Below, in pieces: positions 31,001-41,907 of a stretch of DNA of 64,000 nucleotides. The position numbers were made by a program, and so were the translations under genes. Below the pieces are notes generated by a model. The model worked only from the letters and a program-made list of their open reading frames with translations. It had not been told where the DNA came from and searched no databases. Position 1 is the stretch's first letter, and each line of letters begins with the position of its first letter. The stretch is from positions 64,001-128,000 of the forward strand of contig CAWDOD010000007.1 of assembly GCA_963803805.1 (NCBI GenBank), given 5' to 3'. Origin of the DNA: an uncultured cyanobacterium. GTDB taxonomy: Bacteria; Cyanobacteriota; Cyanobacteriia; Cyanobacteriales; CAWCAG01.

Positions 31001-31527
31001 CGACAGATTTAAAGCTGGGTCTAGCTTTCCGCGATCCCCACAGTGATGAATTTAACGCTTTGCTTAAGTACGAATATCGTCGCAACCCTGCCACCATTCC
31101 TGATACTATTTTATTCGGCAGTGGTACAGGATCTCAAGAACATCTTTTCTCCGCTGAAGCGATTTATGCTCCTAATTGGCAGTGGGAATTTTATGGTAAG
31201 TATGCTTTCCGTACTAGCACTACCTATTTAGCGAATGATTTTGTTGCTAACTCTATAGTTTCCCTAGCACAGCTAAGGGCTACTTATCGCCTTGGTTATA
31301 GTTGGGATTTAGTAGGAGAGGCACGCTGGATCACTCAACCCACAGCCGGCTACAGTGAAACTGGCTTTCTTCTGGAAACGGGTTACTATCTAACCTCTAA
31401 TTTACGCTTGGCAGCAGGTTACTCTTTAGGGGATATTAGTGATCGAGATTTTAGTGGTTCTCGTTCTGCTGGTGGCCCTTATGTGAATCTTACTCTGAAA
31501 TTCGATGATCTTTTCTTTGGGAATTAA
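28034..31527 (+). CDS. Large outer-membrane beta-barrel protein with N-terminal Ig/invasin-like domains (about 1160 aa), split by a 1-nt deletion near 29963
   Basis: Signal peptide; YPIYGDDS and DYEIDYDRG motifs; amphipathic beta strands to C-terminal LTLKF; adding one base at CGGGCTAC gives continuous GRAYYQSTDNGFANQATASFVPGQTRYGAELQARL. Confidence 0.8.
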
Positions 31528-31768
31528 GCATTGGACATAAATTACAATGTCTTTTGAAACATACAACATCAAGATAGTAGCCTATCCTTCTTGAGCATTG
31601 ACATTTAACACTAACAAAAAATCAAAAATATACACAGGAGAATCTAAACTTTCTCAAAGAGAAGGTAACTAATATTTAGTTTGGGAGGTAAAATGCTGGT
31701 TATCTCTCAAAACCAAAAATTAGGTCAATGTCTGCTTAGTATGACCTCAAATTCTCTGAGATTAATTA

Positions 31769-34700
31769 ATGAGAAGCCACCAGCAGAGCCGCAAATTCAG
31801 TTTTCAACCATTGAAGCTCTCAGCAACCTTATCAAAAAGGCTGCATCAGAGCTTATTCGTGATCCCTGCAATCATTACTAGTACCAGCTTTTATTCCCCT
31901 CTAGTTAGCGCCCAGTCTATTATTAGGGAAGCAAACAGTACAGGAACGATAGTTAACCAACAAGGTGATATTTATCAGATTGAGGGTGGAACTCAAGCAG
32001 GAAGTAACTTATTCCATAGTTTTACTCAACTAGGGCTACAACAAAATGAAATAGTTAACTTTCTCTCCCAACCTCACATCAATAATATTCTGGGCAGGGT
32101 AACTGGCGGTAATATTTCTGTAATTGAAGGATTAATTCAGGTTAGTGGTAGTAACGCTAACCTCTTTTTAATGAATCCGGCTGGCATTATCTTTGGTAGC
32201 AATGCCAGATTAGATGTACCAGGGAGTTTCACTGCCACAACAGCCAATGCTATTGGTTTTGAGGGGGGTTGGTTTCAATCTTTGGGGGAGAATGAGTATC
32301 AAAGCTTAATAGGTTCACCTACCAGCTTTGCTTTCGGTAATGGGCAAACGGGAGGAATAGTTAACCAAGGAGATTTAACGGCTGCTAACCTCAGCCTAAT
32401 TGGTGGGACAGTAATTAATACAGGCAACCTCAATGCCCCAGGAGGAAATATTACTATAACCGCAGTGCCTGGGGGCAAAATGGTACGACTTTCTCAACAG
32501 GGAATGATTTTAGGATTAGAAGTACCAGAAGATGCGATCGCCAATGGTATAACTCCCTTAGATTTACCAAAACTATTAACCACACCCGTAGAAGGAATAA
32601 CCGAAATAGCTAAAGGGGATACAGTTGTTAGTGGTAGTGTAGTTGCAGATACCGTTAACCTTGGTGCAGTGAACCCTATTAAGTTGGGAAGCAATGGTCA
32701 AATAATTACGGGGAATAGTAAGTTTAGCACTCCTACAGTAACCATATTCCCAGCAAGTGAAACAGATCCTCTTGCTTACATCTTCCTAGATGCCACAGTA
32801 CCAGATTATCAAAGCTTTCTCTACAACGGCAAACCAGGTTCAACTACGGTGGTGGTAACGCCCGAAGAAAGGGGGATTTCAGTTGTTAGTGATAAGTTAG
32901 CAACTAGTCAACAGGTTGATGAGATACATATTGTTTCTGAGGGGAATCAGGGGAACTTTTGGTTAGGTAGGGACTTTGTAAGTAGTGAGAATGTTGGGCA
33001 GTATGAGACTCAGTTGCAGGGTTGGCAAGACGCTTTGAGTGTGGGGGCAGATATTTTAATTTATGCTTGTTTAGCTGCTTTGGGAGAAGCTGGGGACAGT
33101 TTGTTAAATCAGGTTGCTGATTATACTGGGGCGGATGTGGCCGGTTCGACGAATATTACCGGGGCAACGAGTTTAGAGGGAGATTGGCAGTTAGAGAAGA
33201 GTTTGGGGCCGATTGAGGCAGACTTAGCTTGGCAGCAAGAGATAGTTGAGAGTTACAACCATAAGTTGCAGTTATTTACTGTCACTAATGCTAATGATGC
33301 GGGTGGGGGTTCGTTGCGTGAAGCTATTAATAGTACAGCAGCTTTAGCGGGTGCTGATGAAATTCGCTTTAGTAATAATTTTACCATTAACCTGGCTTCT
33401 GGGGAATTAGCGATCGCAGGGCAGGAGTTAACTATTGATGGAGGAGTTAATAGCATTGTTGTTGATGGAGGTAAGCAATTGCGTATATTTAATATTAGCA
33501 ACGGTGCAGAGGTTACTCTCAACAATTTAACTATTCAGAATGGTAACGCGGCTGATTCTGGGGGCGGTATACGCAACCAAGATAGTAGTTTGAGGATAAC
33601 TAATAGCAACATTACTAATAATTTTTCTGCTGATGACGGTGGGGGAATTTTTAGTGTAGGGCAAAACGGTAATATAGCCACGTTAGAAGTTGTTAATAGT
33701 ACGATTTCTAGTAATCGGGCTGATGGTAGTGGTGGCGGTATTTCCAGTTTGGCTTTGAATGGTGGCACGGCGATCGCGACAGTAAGCAATGCTGGGATTT
33801 TTAGAAATACTTCTTTAGAAATTGGCCTTGGTGGTGGTGGTGTTGCGGCTGAAGCAATAGGAGGAGGTTCGACTTCTACATTCAACTTAACTAATACTAC
33901 TATCTCCGGTAATAGTAGCGTAGACAATGGTGGTGGTGTTTCTAATCGAGGGACTGAATCGGGGCAATCTACAATGGCAATTAGTAACAGTACTATATCC
34001 AATAACCAAGGAACAGGAAGTAGCTTTGATGGCGGTGGTGGGGTTGCTAATGAGTCTTTTCTTAATGGTAATGCAGTACTAACTATAACCAATAGTGAAA
34101 TTTCTAATAATACTAGCGATAGTCAAGGTGGTGGTGGTGTAATTAATTGGGGAAACCTTACTGGTAGCACAACAGTAGATATTACCAACACTACTATCTC
34201 TGGAAACTCTACTAATAATAGAGGCGGTGGTATTTTCAACTTAGTGCAAGGTGATGCTACTAGTAGTTTGAATGTTTCTGATGTCACTATTAATAACAAC
34301 ACTGCTGCTAGCGATGGTGGGGGAATTTTGAGTTTAGTTTTGGATGGTGGTACTACTGTTGTAACAGTAAGCAATGCTGGAATGTCTGACTAATACTTCT
34401 TCTGGTGGTGTAGCTGGTGGTGGTGCGATCGCAGCCGAAGGAAATGGACATAAATTCTACTTCTACATTCACTTTAACCAATAGTACTATTTCTGGTAAT
34501 AGTACCACAGACAATGGTGGTGGTGTTTCTAATGTTGCTACAAATTCTGGTAATTCTACAATGGAAATTATTAGTAGCACTATCTCTAATAATCAAGCAA
34601 CAAATAATGGTGGCGGAGGGGTCGCTAATGAGTCATTCAATGATGGCAATGCCGTACTAAACATAACAGACAGCGATATTTCTAATAATACTAGCAATAG

Positions 34701-37360
34701 TCAAGGTGGCGGTGGGGTAATCAATTGGGGAAACTTGACTGGTAGCGCTACAACAACAATTATCAACAGTAATATCTCTGGAAACTCTACTACTGGTGAG
34801 CAAGGTGGTGGAATTTTTAATCAAGTGCAAGGTAATGCTACTAGTAACTTAGACATCTTCGATAGTACAGTGACCAACAACACTGCCGCAAATGGTGCAA
34901 GTGGCGGCGGTATTACTAATAGTAGTAATGGCAATATGACCATCAACAATAGTACAATTACAGGAAACCGTGCTACTGCTGGTGATGGTGGTGGGGTTAA
35001 CAGTGGTGGCAATTTAACAATTAACAATAGTACTATTTCTAATAATACTGCTGGAAATAATGGCGGTGGAGTTGATAATCTTAGTACTCTGGTCATTAAC
35101 AACAGTACCATCTCCGGTAACACTGCTGGAAATAATGGTGGCGGTATCTACAATGGCTATTTCCAACCTCCTTCTCTAGTTGGTAATACAACCCTCAACA
35201 GCACTACGATTACCAACAACGATGCTACTAGTGACGGTGGCGGTGTTTTCAATGCTTCAGGGGGGACTGTAAACACTTTTAACACCATCATCGCTGATAA
35301 TAACGCAACTAACCCCGACGTATCAGGAAGCTTTAACGATCAAGGCAATAACCTCATCGGCAGTAGCAACGGTAGTACAGGCTTTACTACCAGTGATTTA
35401 GTAGGAACTTCTACAAACCCTATTGATCCAAAACTTGCCCCCCTGGGAGACTATGGGGGAACAACCCAAACCCATACCCTACTTCCTGGTAGCCCTGCTA
35501 TTAACGCTGGTAGCAACAACAACGCCCCCGCCACAGATCAAAGGGGAGTAACGAGGGGAACCGTTGATATTGGGGCAGTGGAAGTTAGTACAGACTTAGC
35601 TGTGAACAAAACCGTAGACAACCCCGTCACCTTTCCCGGTGACCAAATCACCTATACCATCACCATCACCAACAATGGTACAGATGCAGTCGGTGGCATT
35701 TCCCTCACCGATATTTTACCCGACGGCATCACCTTTACCTCTGCTGCTGCTAGCCAGGGTAACTATGATGTAGCTACGGGCATTTGGACTGTGGGAGACT
35801 TAGGTAGTAACTTAAATCCCCTTAATGGTACTACTGCCACCCTCGATATTACTGCCACAGTTAACTTAACTAGCCAAAACGTAACTATCAATAGTATCGG
35901 CGACCTTAGTTATATTGGGGAAGAAACCAACCCTGATAATAATCAAAGTAGTATTGCGATCGCCACTTTCCCCAATAACCTCCTCATCCCTCCACAAGAA
36001 AAAGACTTTAACCTAGAAGAACAAATCAAGCAATTAAATATCTCTCTCAACAAAAAGCAACCTTCTCCTCTCACCATTGATTTACCAGAAACAGAACAAC
36101 TGATTCAACAACTAGAGGCAAACATCACCAAAGCCTTTCAAGAGTACCTAGACTTACCAAACTATCTCCTCACTGACCTACAACAAGCCCGATCCATTCT
36201 CCAAAGGATAGAAAAAGCCACCAACATCAAGCCTGCCATCATCTACGCAAGATTTTTACCCGCCACCACTGATGCTTCGGTTGAAGGACAAAAGCTACCC
36301 CCTAACCAGCAACTCTCCTCAGAAAACAATTACCAACTAGAACTAATTCTCGTCACCGCCTCCGGAGAGGTAATCCGTCGCCCCCTTCCCAATACCACCA
36401 AAGCAGAGGTGATCCGCCAAGCTAAACACTTCCGCCGTACCATCACCAATCCTTTCCGGGAAGCAGCTTATATCAAACCCGGCCAACAATTTTATCAATG
36501 GTTAGTTGCCCCGTTAGAAGCAGATTTACAAGAGAGAGAAATTGATAACCTTGTTTTCATTCTTGATGAGGGTTTGCGTGGTGTTCCCCTGGCTGCAATG
36601 CTAGATGGCAACCAATTTGTCATCGAAAAATATAGCGTTGGTTTGATGCCCAGCCTCAGTTTAACTGATACCAACTATGTAGATGTCAAAAAACTTAAAG
36701 TACTAGCAATGGGTGCTGACACCTTCACTGAACAAAATCCTCTCCCGGCTGTCCCCAAAGAGCTATCCTTAATCACCAAGCAATTATGGTCTGGGAAGTC
36801 CTACCTCAATGAAAACTTCACCTTAAAAAATCTCAAACAAGCTAGAAATCAAGACCCCTTTGGTATCATTCACCTAGCTACCCATGGTGAATTCAAACCC
36901 GGTGAACCTAGTAACTCTTATATTCAACTTTGGGAACAAAAGCTATCTTTAGATAGTTTGCGAACTCTGGATTGGAATAATCCCTCTGTAGAATTATTAG
37001 TTTTGTCTGCTTGTCGCACCGCCTTGGGAAGTCGGGAAGCAGAATTAGGTTTTGCTGGCCTTGCGGTGCAAGCTGGGGTAAAATCTGCCCTTGGGTAGCC
37101 TTTGGACAGTTAGTGATGAGGGTACTTTAGGGGTAATGAGTAGTTTTTATCAACAACTCAAAACAGCCCCCATTAAAGCTGAGGCTTTGCGGCAGGCACA
37201 ACTAAAAATGTTACGGGGAGAAGTATATTTAGAAGATGGGCAGCTTGTTAGTGGCGATCGCCAAATAGCTTTACCTAATGCTTTGGCAGCTTTAGGAAAT
37301 CAAGACTTAACCCATCCCTACTACTGGAGTGGTTTCACTATGATTGGCAATCCTTGGTAA
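31769..37360 (+). CDS. Filamentous-haemagglutinin (TPS) N-domain + DUF4347-like + beta-helix repeats + DUF11 + CHAT protease, interrupted by frameshifts near 34391, 34451 and 37089
   Basis: NLFHSF..NILGRVTGG..MNPAGI; GGG.I/N..IS.N repeats; DPKLAPL.DYGG.TQTH.LLPGSPAINAG; DLAVNKT..PGDQITYTI; CHAT HLATHG and LSACRTA; last fragment SLW.VSD...HPYYWSGF. Confidence 0.8.
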
Positions 37361-37546
37361 CGAGTAATAAGGTGAATGAGGTTTATGGGTTTAGTTTGCG
37401 ATCCCAGGTAGCAACAATTACCAAGCAATTTATGTCCTACGGGTGCAGCGAAGCGATCGCAAAAGTAGTGGCTTAATCAAATAAACGTCTAGTTGCCCAC
37501 TTTGATTTAGAAACCCTCTCTAACTGAAAACACCATTATAAAAAAA

Positions 37547-38665
37547 TCAATCCTTCATTACTGACAATACATACTCTCCTTGATTAACTGACTGATTTGT
37601 AGATAAGTCAAAAACCAAACCGTTATCTTCAGAAGAAATACTAACTTTATGGGGTGATTTATGAGAACTTGAAAAGCATAAAACTTGGTAGAGCAACTCT
37701 CCTTTTTGAATTTGAGTGCCTAAAGCTACTCTATTTTGTATCATCCCACCAACTGAAGCGTAATACTTTTTAATAGCACTTTTAAGAACTAATTTAATCT
37801 CTGTTTTTTGTAACTGATTCAAAGACAAAACTTGTTTGTAAGTGAGATAATTAATAATACCGCGAACTCCTCTTTTAACAGAATCAGGCTCAATTACCAA
37901 ACCTGAACCTAATTCTAAAGTCCATGATTCTATATCAAAAGCAACACTTTGACCAACTTGAGCAAATTGCTTTTCTACTGCTAACCAAGGCTTTAAGAAT
38001 GCTTCATCAAAAGCATCACCATCATAGTCATTCATTAAAATACCACGTTCTAAAAGAAAGTATCTAGCACTTTCTTCTCTTCCAGAGAAACAATATAAAT
38101 AATCAATAGCTTGGTTACTAGAACTATGAATATCAATTACATAGTTAGCATCTAGACACAAAGATTGTAAATGATAGCGATAGCGTTCACGATAAGGAAC
38201 ACTACTAGGAGCGTTTATTCTCTGCCATTGCTGTTGAAATGCTGTTAATATCTTCTCCAGAAAGTTCTTTTGAATTAACTCGGTTTCCAAGGTTACTTGA
38301 CTAGCCACAAAATTGCCTAAATCACCACACTCTTTTTCATAATCCCAAAATATACGATTCCAATCTTTGCCATCATAGGGATTAAATCTTCCTGTAGAAA
38401 AGAAGTGGGTTCGTTCATTAGTAGCAAGGGGATTACAAACAGGAACCAACCAAATTTGACCTCTAAGTTGCTTTATATCTAAACCAGAAAAGAAATTTAT
38501 TAGTTCATAAATAACCTGATTACCAACAATTTCGCAGCCGTGAAGATTGGCTTGAATATAAGTTTTACTGCCTGGTTTAGAACCAATAAATTTATAGACT
38601 TGAATAGATAAATTGTCCCCCGAAGCAAGTTGCAGGACATCAATAGTAGCAATCTGCGGTTCCAT
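37547..38665 (-). CDS. Succinylglutamate desuccinylase/aspartoacylase (M14) family protein
   Basis: ANLHGCEIVG, VPVCNP, DWNR, IDIHS, TLELG; start ATG at 38665 or TTG at 38671. Confidence 0.88.
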   Translation of the reverse strand: MEPQIATIDVLQLASGDNLSIQVYKFIGSKPGSKTYIQANLHGCEIVGNQVIYELINFFSGLDIKQLRGQIWLVPVCNPLATNERTHFFSTGRFNPYDGKDWNRIFWDYEKECGDLGNFVASQVTLETELIQKNFLEKILTAFQQQWQRINAPSSVPYRERYRYHLQSLCLDANYVIDIHSSSNQAIDYLYCFSGREESARYFLLERGILMNDYDGDAFDEAFLKPWLAVEKQFAQVGQSVAFDIESWTLELGSGLVIEPDSVKRGVRGIINYLTYKQVLSLNQLQKTEIKLVLKSAIKKYYASVGGMIQNRVALGTQIQKGELLYQVLCFSSSHKSPHKVSISSEDNGLVFDLSTNQSVNQGEYVLSVMKD

Positions 38666-38723
38666 TATCAATTATCACTTATTAATGATGCCTAATGGCA
38701 ACGGCAAGCCAAACAACTAGCAA

Positions 38724-39236
38724 CTAGCCATTATTAACTATCAATTGTAATTTGTAAATATGATTAAACAATTGCCAATAATATTGTTCTGGTAAACCAC
38801 AAGTTACAGCCCCTCGCAATACCACGTTAGAATACCAATCATTAGGAGCAATTTCTGCTGTGAGCTTATCAACAACTACATAGGTACGCACGTTTTGATA
38901 AACAGCCTGTTTAGTTTCTACTGTCACCATTTCTTGACGATAGCCGTTGTTCGGAACTTCTTCCCGTTTATCAAGAAGATTACTTAAACGCCAAGGCAAA
39001 CGGTAAAGCACTCCTTCCACAGAAGAGTTAGGATCGCAAACTACATCCAAGACCCCACAATTGCGACGGACTGAACGGCGATAAAATCCTAAACGATAAC
39101 CTTTAAGGGTTGCAGTGCCAATAATGTAGTGATGAGTATTTTCTTGCAGCGATCGCTTTAAATCGACTGGACACATACAAGAGCCATAGGCAAAGTAATC
39201 AAAATAATTAGGGTCGGATTTTGCTAGAGACTGCAT
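38724..39236 (-). CDS. Gamma-glutamylcyclotransferase family protein
   Basis: YFAYGSCM, VEGVLY, LDKREE, Y...V..GA...GLP motifs. Confidence 0.88.
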   Translation of the reverse strand: MQSLAKSDPNYFDYFAYGSCMCPVDLKRSLQENTHHYIIGTATLKGYRLGFYRRSVRRNCGVLDVVCDPNSSVEGVLYRLPWRLSNLLDKREEVPNNGYRQEMVTVETKQAVYQNVRTYVVVDKLTAEIAPNDWYSNVVLRGAVTCGLPEQYYWQLFNHIYKLQLIVNNG

Positions 39237-39402
39237 AAAAAAGTCAAAAGTAGATTAATCTCAGACAGAAAGTCTTTTGTTAGCTTTAAGGACTTTCTAC
39301 CTACAATCAAGCTAGGATACCAACTCTTTTCTGACGAAGCCAAGGGTAAATGGTTATCGTTACAAAGTCTTTACAAAAAGAGTAATATTTACCTTAGATT
39401 TC

Positions 39403-40599
39403 TTATTCCTCAACCGGAAACGCCCCCGGACGTACTTTTATCGCTTTAACAACTCCTTGACGTTTTACCTTAACTTCTAAGAGTTTACCAATTTCGCTTA
39501 CTTCCACCTGGGTTTGGACTTCTGCTGCGGTTGTTACAGATTCTTGCCCCACTTCTTGAATTACATCTCCTTCTTGAAAACCAGCTTGAGCTGCTGGAGA
39601 TTTAGGAAGAACACGAACAATGAGAACACCTTTTTCTTCTTCTATTTGTAAATTGAGTTCTTTATCTTGATTAATTTCTGCTTTAACATCGGGATCTAAA
39701 GTAACCATTTGAATGCCTAAGTAAGGATGCTCAACTTGTCCTTTACGAAATAGCTCTTCAGCAATACGTCGGGCAGTTTCTATGGGAATCGCAAAACCTA
39801 AACCTTGGGCTTCTGCCCTAATCGCTGTATTGATACCAATCACCTCTCCTTTGGCATTGAGGGAGGGGCCACCGGAGTTACCAGGGTTAATAGCAGCATC
39901 AGTTTGAATAAAACTAACTCTTTTATGGGGAACTCCTACTTGGGCGCTAGAACGACCTAAAGCACTAACAATACCTACAGTAACTGTATTATCTAATCCT
40001 AAAGGATTGCCGATGGCGATCGCCCATTCTCCAGGAGTTAAATCTGTGGTTTGACCTAATTTAACAGTGGGTAAGTTTTTTTGATCGATCTTAACCACGG
40101 CTACATCAGTCATAGGATCACTACCAATTACCTTACCTTCATAGGTTTGACCATTTTTTAGGGTTACTTCAACCAAATCTGAACCTTCTACCACATGGGC
40201 ATTGGTGATAATACGGCCGTTACCACTAAGAATAAATCCTGATCCTGTACCCCTCTCCACCCTGGGGTGAGATTCAGGAAGTTCTTCTGCACCAAAGAAG
40301 CGTTTGAAGAAAGGATGTTCCAAGGGTTTGATGTTTTGAGAAGAAAAATTACGGGCAGAATCAATACGAACTACCGCAGGGCCAACTTTTTTCACCGCAT
40401 CGGCAATAAAGTTGACATTACTTTGAGACACTGGGGCCGGAGGGAGTGAGGTAGATTGCAAAGAGGCAGGTATAACAGCAGGAGATTGCTTATTTTGCTC
40501 ATCCTGGGCTATTAAATAGAAACTGCCTAAGAAACCTGTACCACTGCCAAAAGCTAACAAACCTAGATAAATAAATAGCTGCTTGAAGGACATATTCAT
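39403..40599 (-). CDS. HtrA/HhoA-HhoB family serine protease with PDZ domain
   Basis: TNAHVV, DVAV, QTDAAINPGNSGGP triad motifs; C-terminal PDZ (YLGI, SPAA.AG); N-terminal TM; ATG at 40599. Confidence 0.95.
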   Translation of the reverse strand: MNMSFKQLFIYLGLLAFGSGTGFLGSFYLIAQDEQNKQSPAVIPASLQSTSLPPAPVSQSNVNFIADAVKKVGPAVVRIDSARNFSSQNIKPLEHPFFKRFFGAEELPESHPRVERGTGSGFILSGNGRIITNAHVVEGSDLVEVTLKNGQTYEGKVIGSDPMTDVAVVKIDQKNLPTVKLGQTTDLTPGEWAIAIGNPLGLDNTVTVGIVSALGRSSAQVGVPHKRVSFIQTDAAINPGNSGGPSLNAKGEVIGINTAIRAEAQGLGFAIPIETARRIAEELFRKGQVEHPYLGIQMVTLDPDVKAEINQDKELNLQIEEEKGVLIVRVLPKSPAAQAGFQEGDVIQEVGQESVTTAAEVQTQVEVSEIGKLLEVKVKRQGVVKAIKVRPGAFPVEE

Positions 40600-40803
40600 G
40601 CTTTTCCAGAGCAAAAATGATCGTTAAAAGTAGTAGACAAAATAAAATTCAGACCAAAATCAAGCTGCATCCCAGAAAATGGGATTGAGTTTTACTATAT
40701 AACTACTAGCCTAATAATTGTGTTCAATTCTATACCCCCTTTCACCAAAATAGTAGGGGGCTTATTCCCTCACAACACCTTATTAATATACAGTTGTCGC
40801 AAA

Positions 40804-41763
40804 TTATGTTTGTAAAGTTCCTTTACCGAAGAATTTAGGGGGTTCTTTGAGACTATAAATCTGGGTTTGTTGGGCAACAGCAGCGCGAATATACATTGGA
40901 GTTTGGAGCATTCCTAATAGGGTTATACCATCAATTAAGCGCAATCCTCCCTTAGTTTTTTCTTTTAATAGTTGATCCACAGCTTCGGGATCAGGGCGAG
41001 TGGCTATTTCAGTTTCTGAACAAAGGGCAAAACCCCAAGGAGAGGCATAGGTAGGGACATGGGAAGCATAGGAATGTACATGGGGAAATACAGCTTGTAA
41101 AGTCTTTACTAACCGGGCATGGAGGGTTATTTCTGCTGGGGCAACTGGTCCTGCTTGAATTACGGCGTAGCCTCCGGGGTTTAAAACTTGTTTGATTTTA
41201 CTGAAGTATTCTTTGGTAAATAGTGGAAAAGAAGGTCCTTCTTCAATGGGATCAGAAAGATCAGAGATGATGATGTCCCATTTTTCTGCGGTATTATCAA
41301 GTACTTCTAACGCATCAGCAATTAACAATTCTACACGGGGATCATCTAAGGAGTTTTGGTGCATTTCCGGTAAATGTTCCTGGCAAGCTGCTACCACCTC
41401 CCCATCAATATCAATCATCAATACCCGTTCAATACTTTGCCAACGTAAAACCTCCCTTACCGTTGCCCCTTCTCCACCACCGAGGACAAGAACTTTTTTT
41501 GGTGATTCGTGGGCGATCGCAGCAGGATGTACCAAGGCTTCATGATAAAGAAATTCGTCTCCAGTACAAGACTGCCATTTACCGTCAAGAACTAAAGCTT
41601 TACCATAGGCTCCAGTTTCCACAATATACATTTCTTGATAGGCAGTTTTCTGATAGGCAAGAATTTTAGTAATACCATGTTCGTAAACATCCCAAGGTGT
41701 GATGTATTCTTTAATCCACAAATCCGCTTTAAGTTCGCTACCAGCCATATTTTCAATGCTCAC
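40804..41763 (-). CDS. speE: Polyamine aminopropyltransferase (spermidine/thermospermine synthase family)
   Basis: LVLDGKWQS, DEFLYHEALVHP, VLGGGEG, IDIDGEVV, DLSDP. Confidence 0.85.
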   Translation of the reverse strand: MSIENMAGSELKADLWIKEYITPWDVYEHGITKILAYQKTAYQEMYIVETGAYGKALVLDGKWQSCTGDEFLYHEALVHPAAIAHESPKKVLVLGGGEGATVREVLRWQSIERVLMIDIDGEVVAACQEHLPEMHQNSLDDPRVELLIADALEVLDNTAEKWDIIISDLSDPIEEGPSFPLFTKEYFSKIKQVLNPGGYAVIQAGPVAPAEITLHARLVKTLQAVFPHVHSYASHVPTYASPWGFALCSETEIATRPDPEAVDQLLKEKTKGGLRLIDGITLLGMLQTPMYIRAAVAQQTQIYSLKEPPKFFGKGTLQT

Positions 41764-41770
41764 TTATCAA

Positions 41771-41837
41771 TGTACGGCTTGCCGTTGCCGTTAGGCATCA
41801 ATGATCAATGATGTCTTCGACAAGGGCAAGCCCTACA
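41771..41837. repeat. Inverted pair of a ~30-nt dispersed repeat (consensus TGTACGGCTTGCCGTTGCCGTTAGGCATCA)
   Basis: Two imperfect inverted copies here; further copies at 38684-38710, 44834-44859, 46122-46153, 50184-50208. Confidence 0.75.
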
Positions 41838-41907
41838 GTTATTAATTTACAGTTTGTCCCTTGTTATGGGGGGTTAGTTTCTAGTTTTTAGTTTTTTTAG
41901 CTTTGAC

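Noticed and set aside
39358-39380. GTTACAAA-GTC-TTTACAAA as an HLR1 (RpaB) site
   Set aside because: Repeat period is 11 bp rather than the 10 bp of HLR1; could be another regulator box but is unsupported
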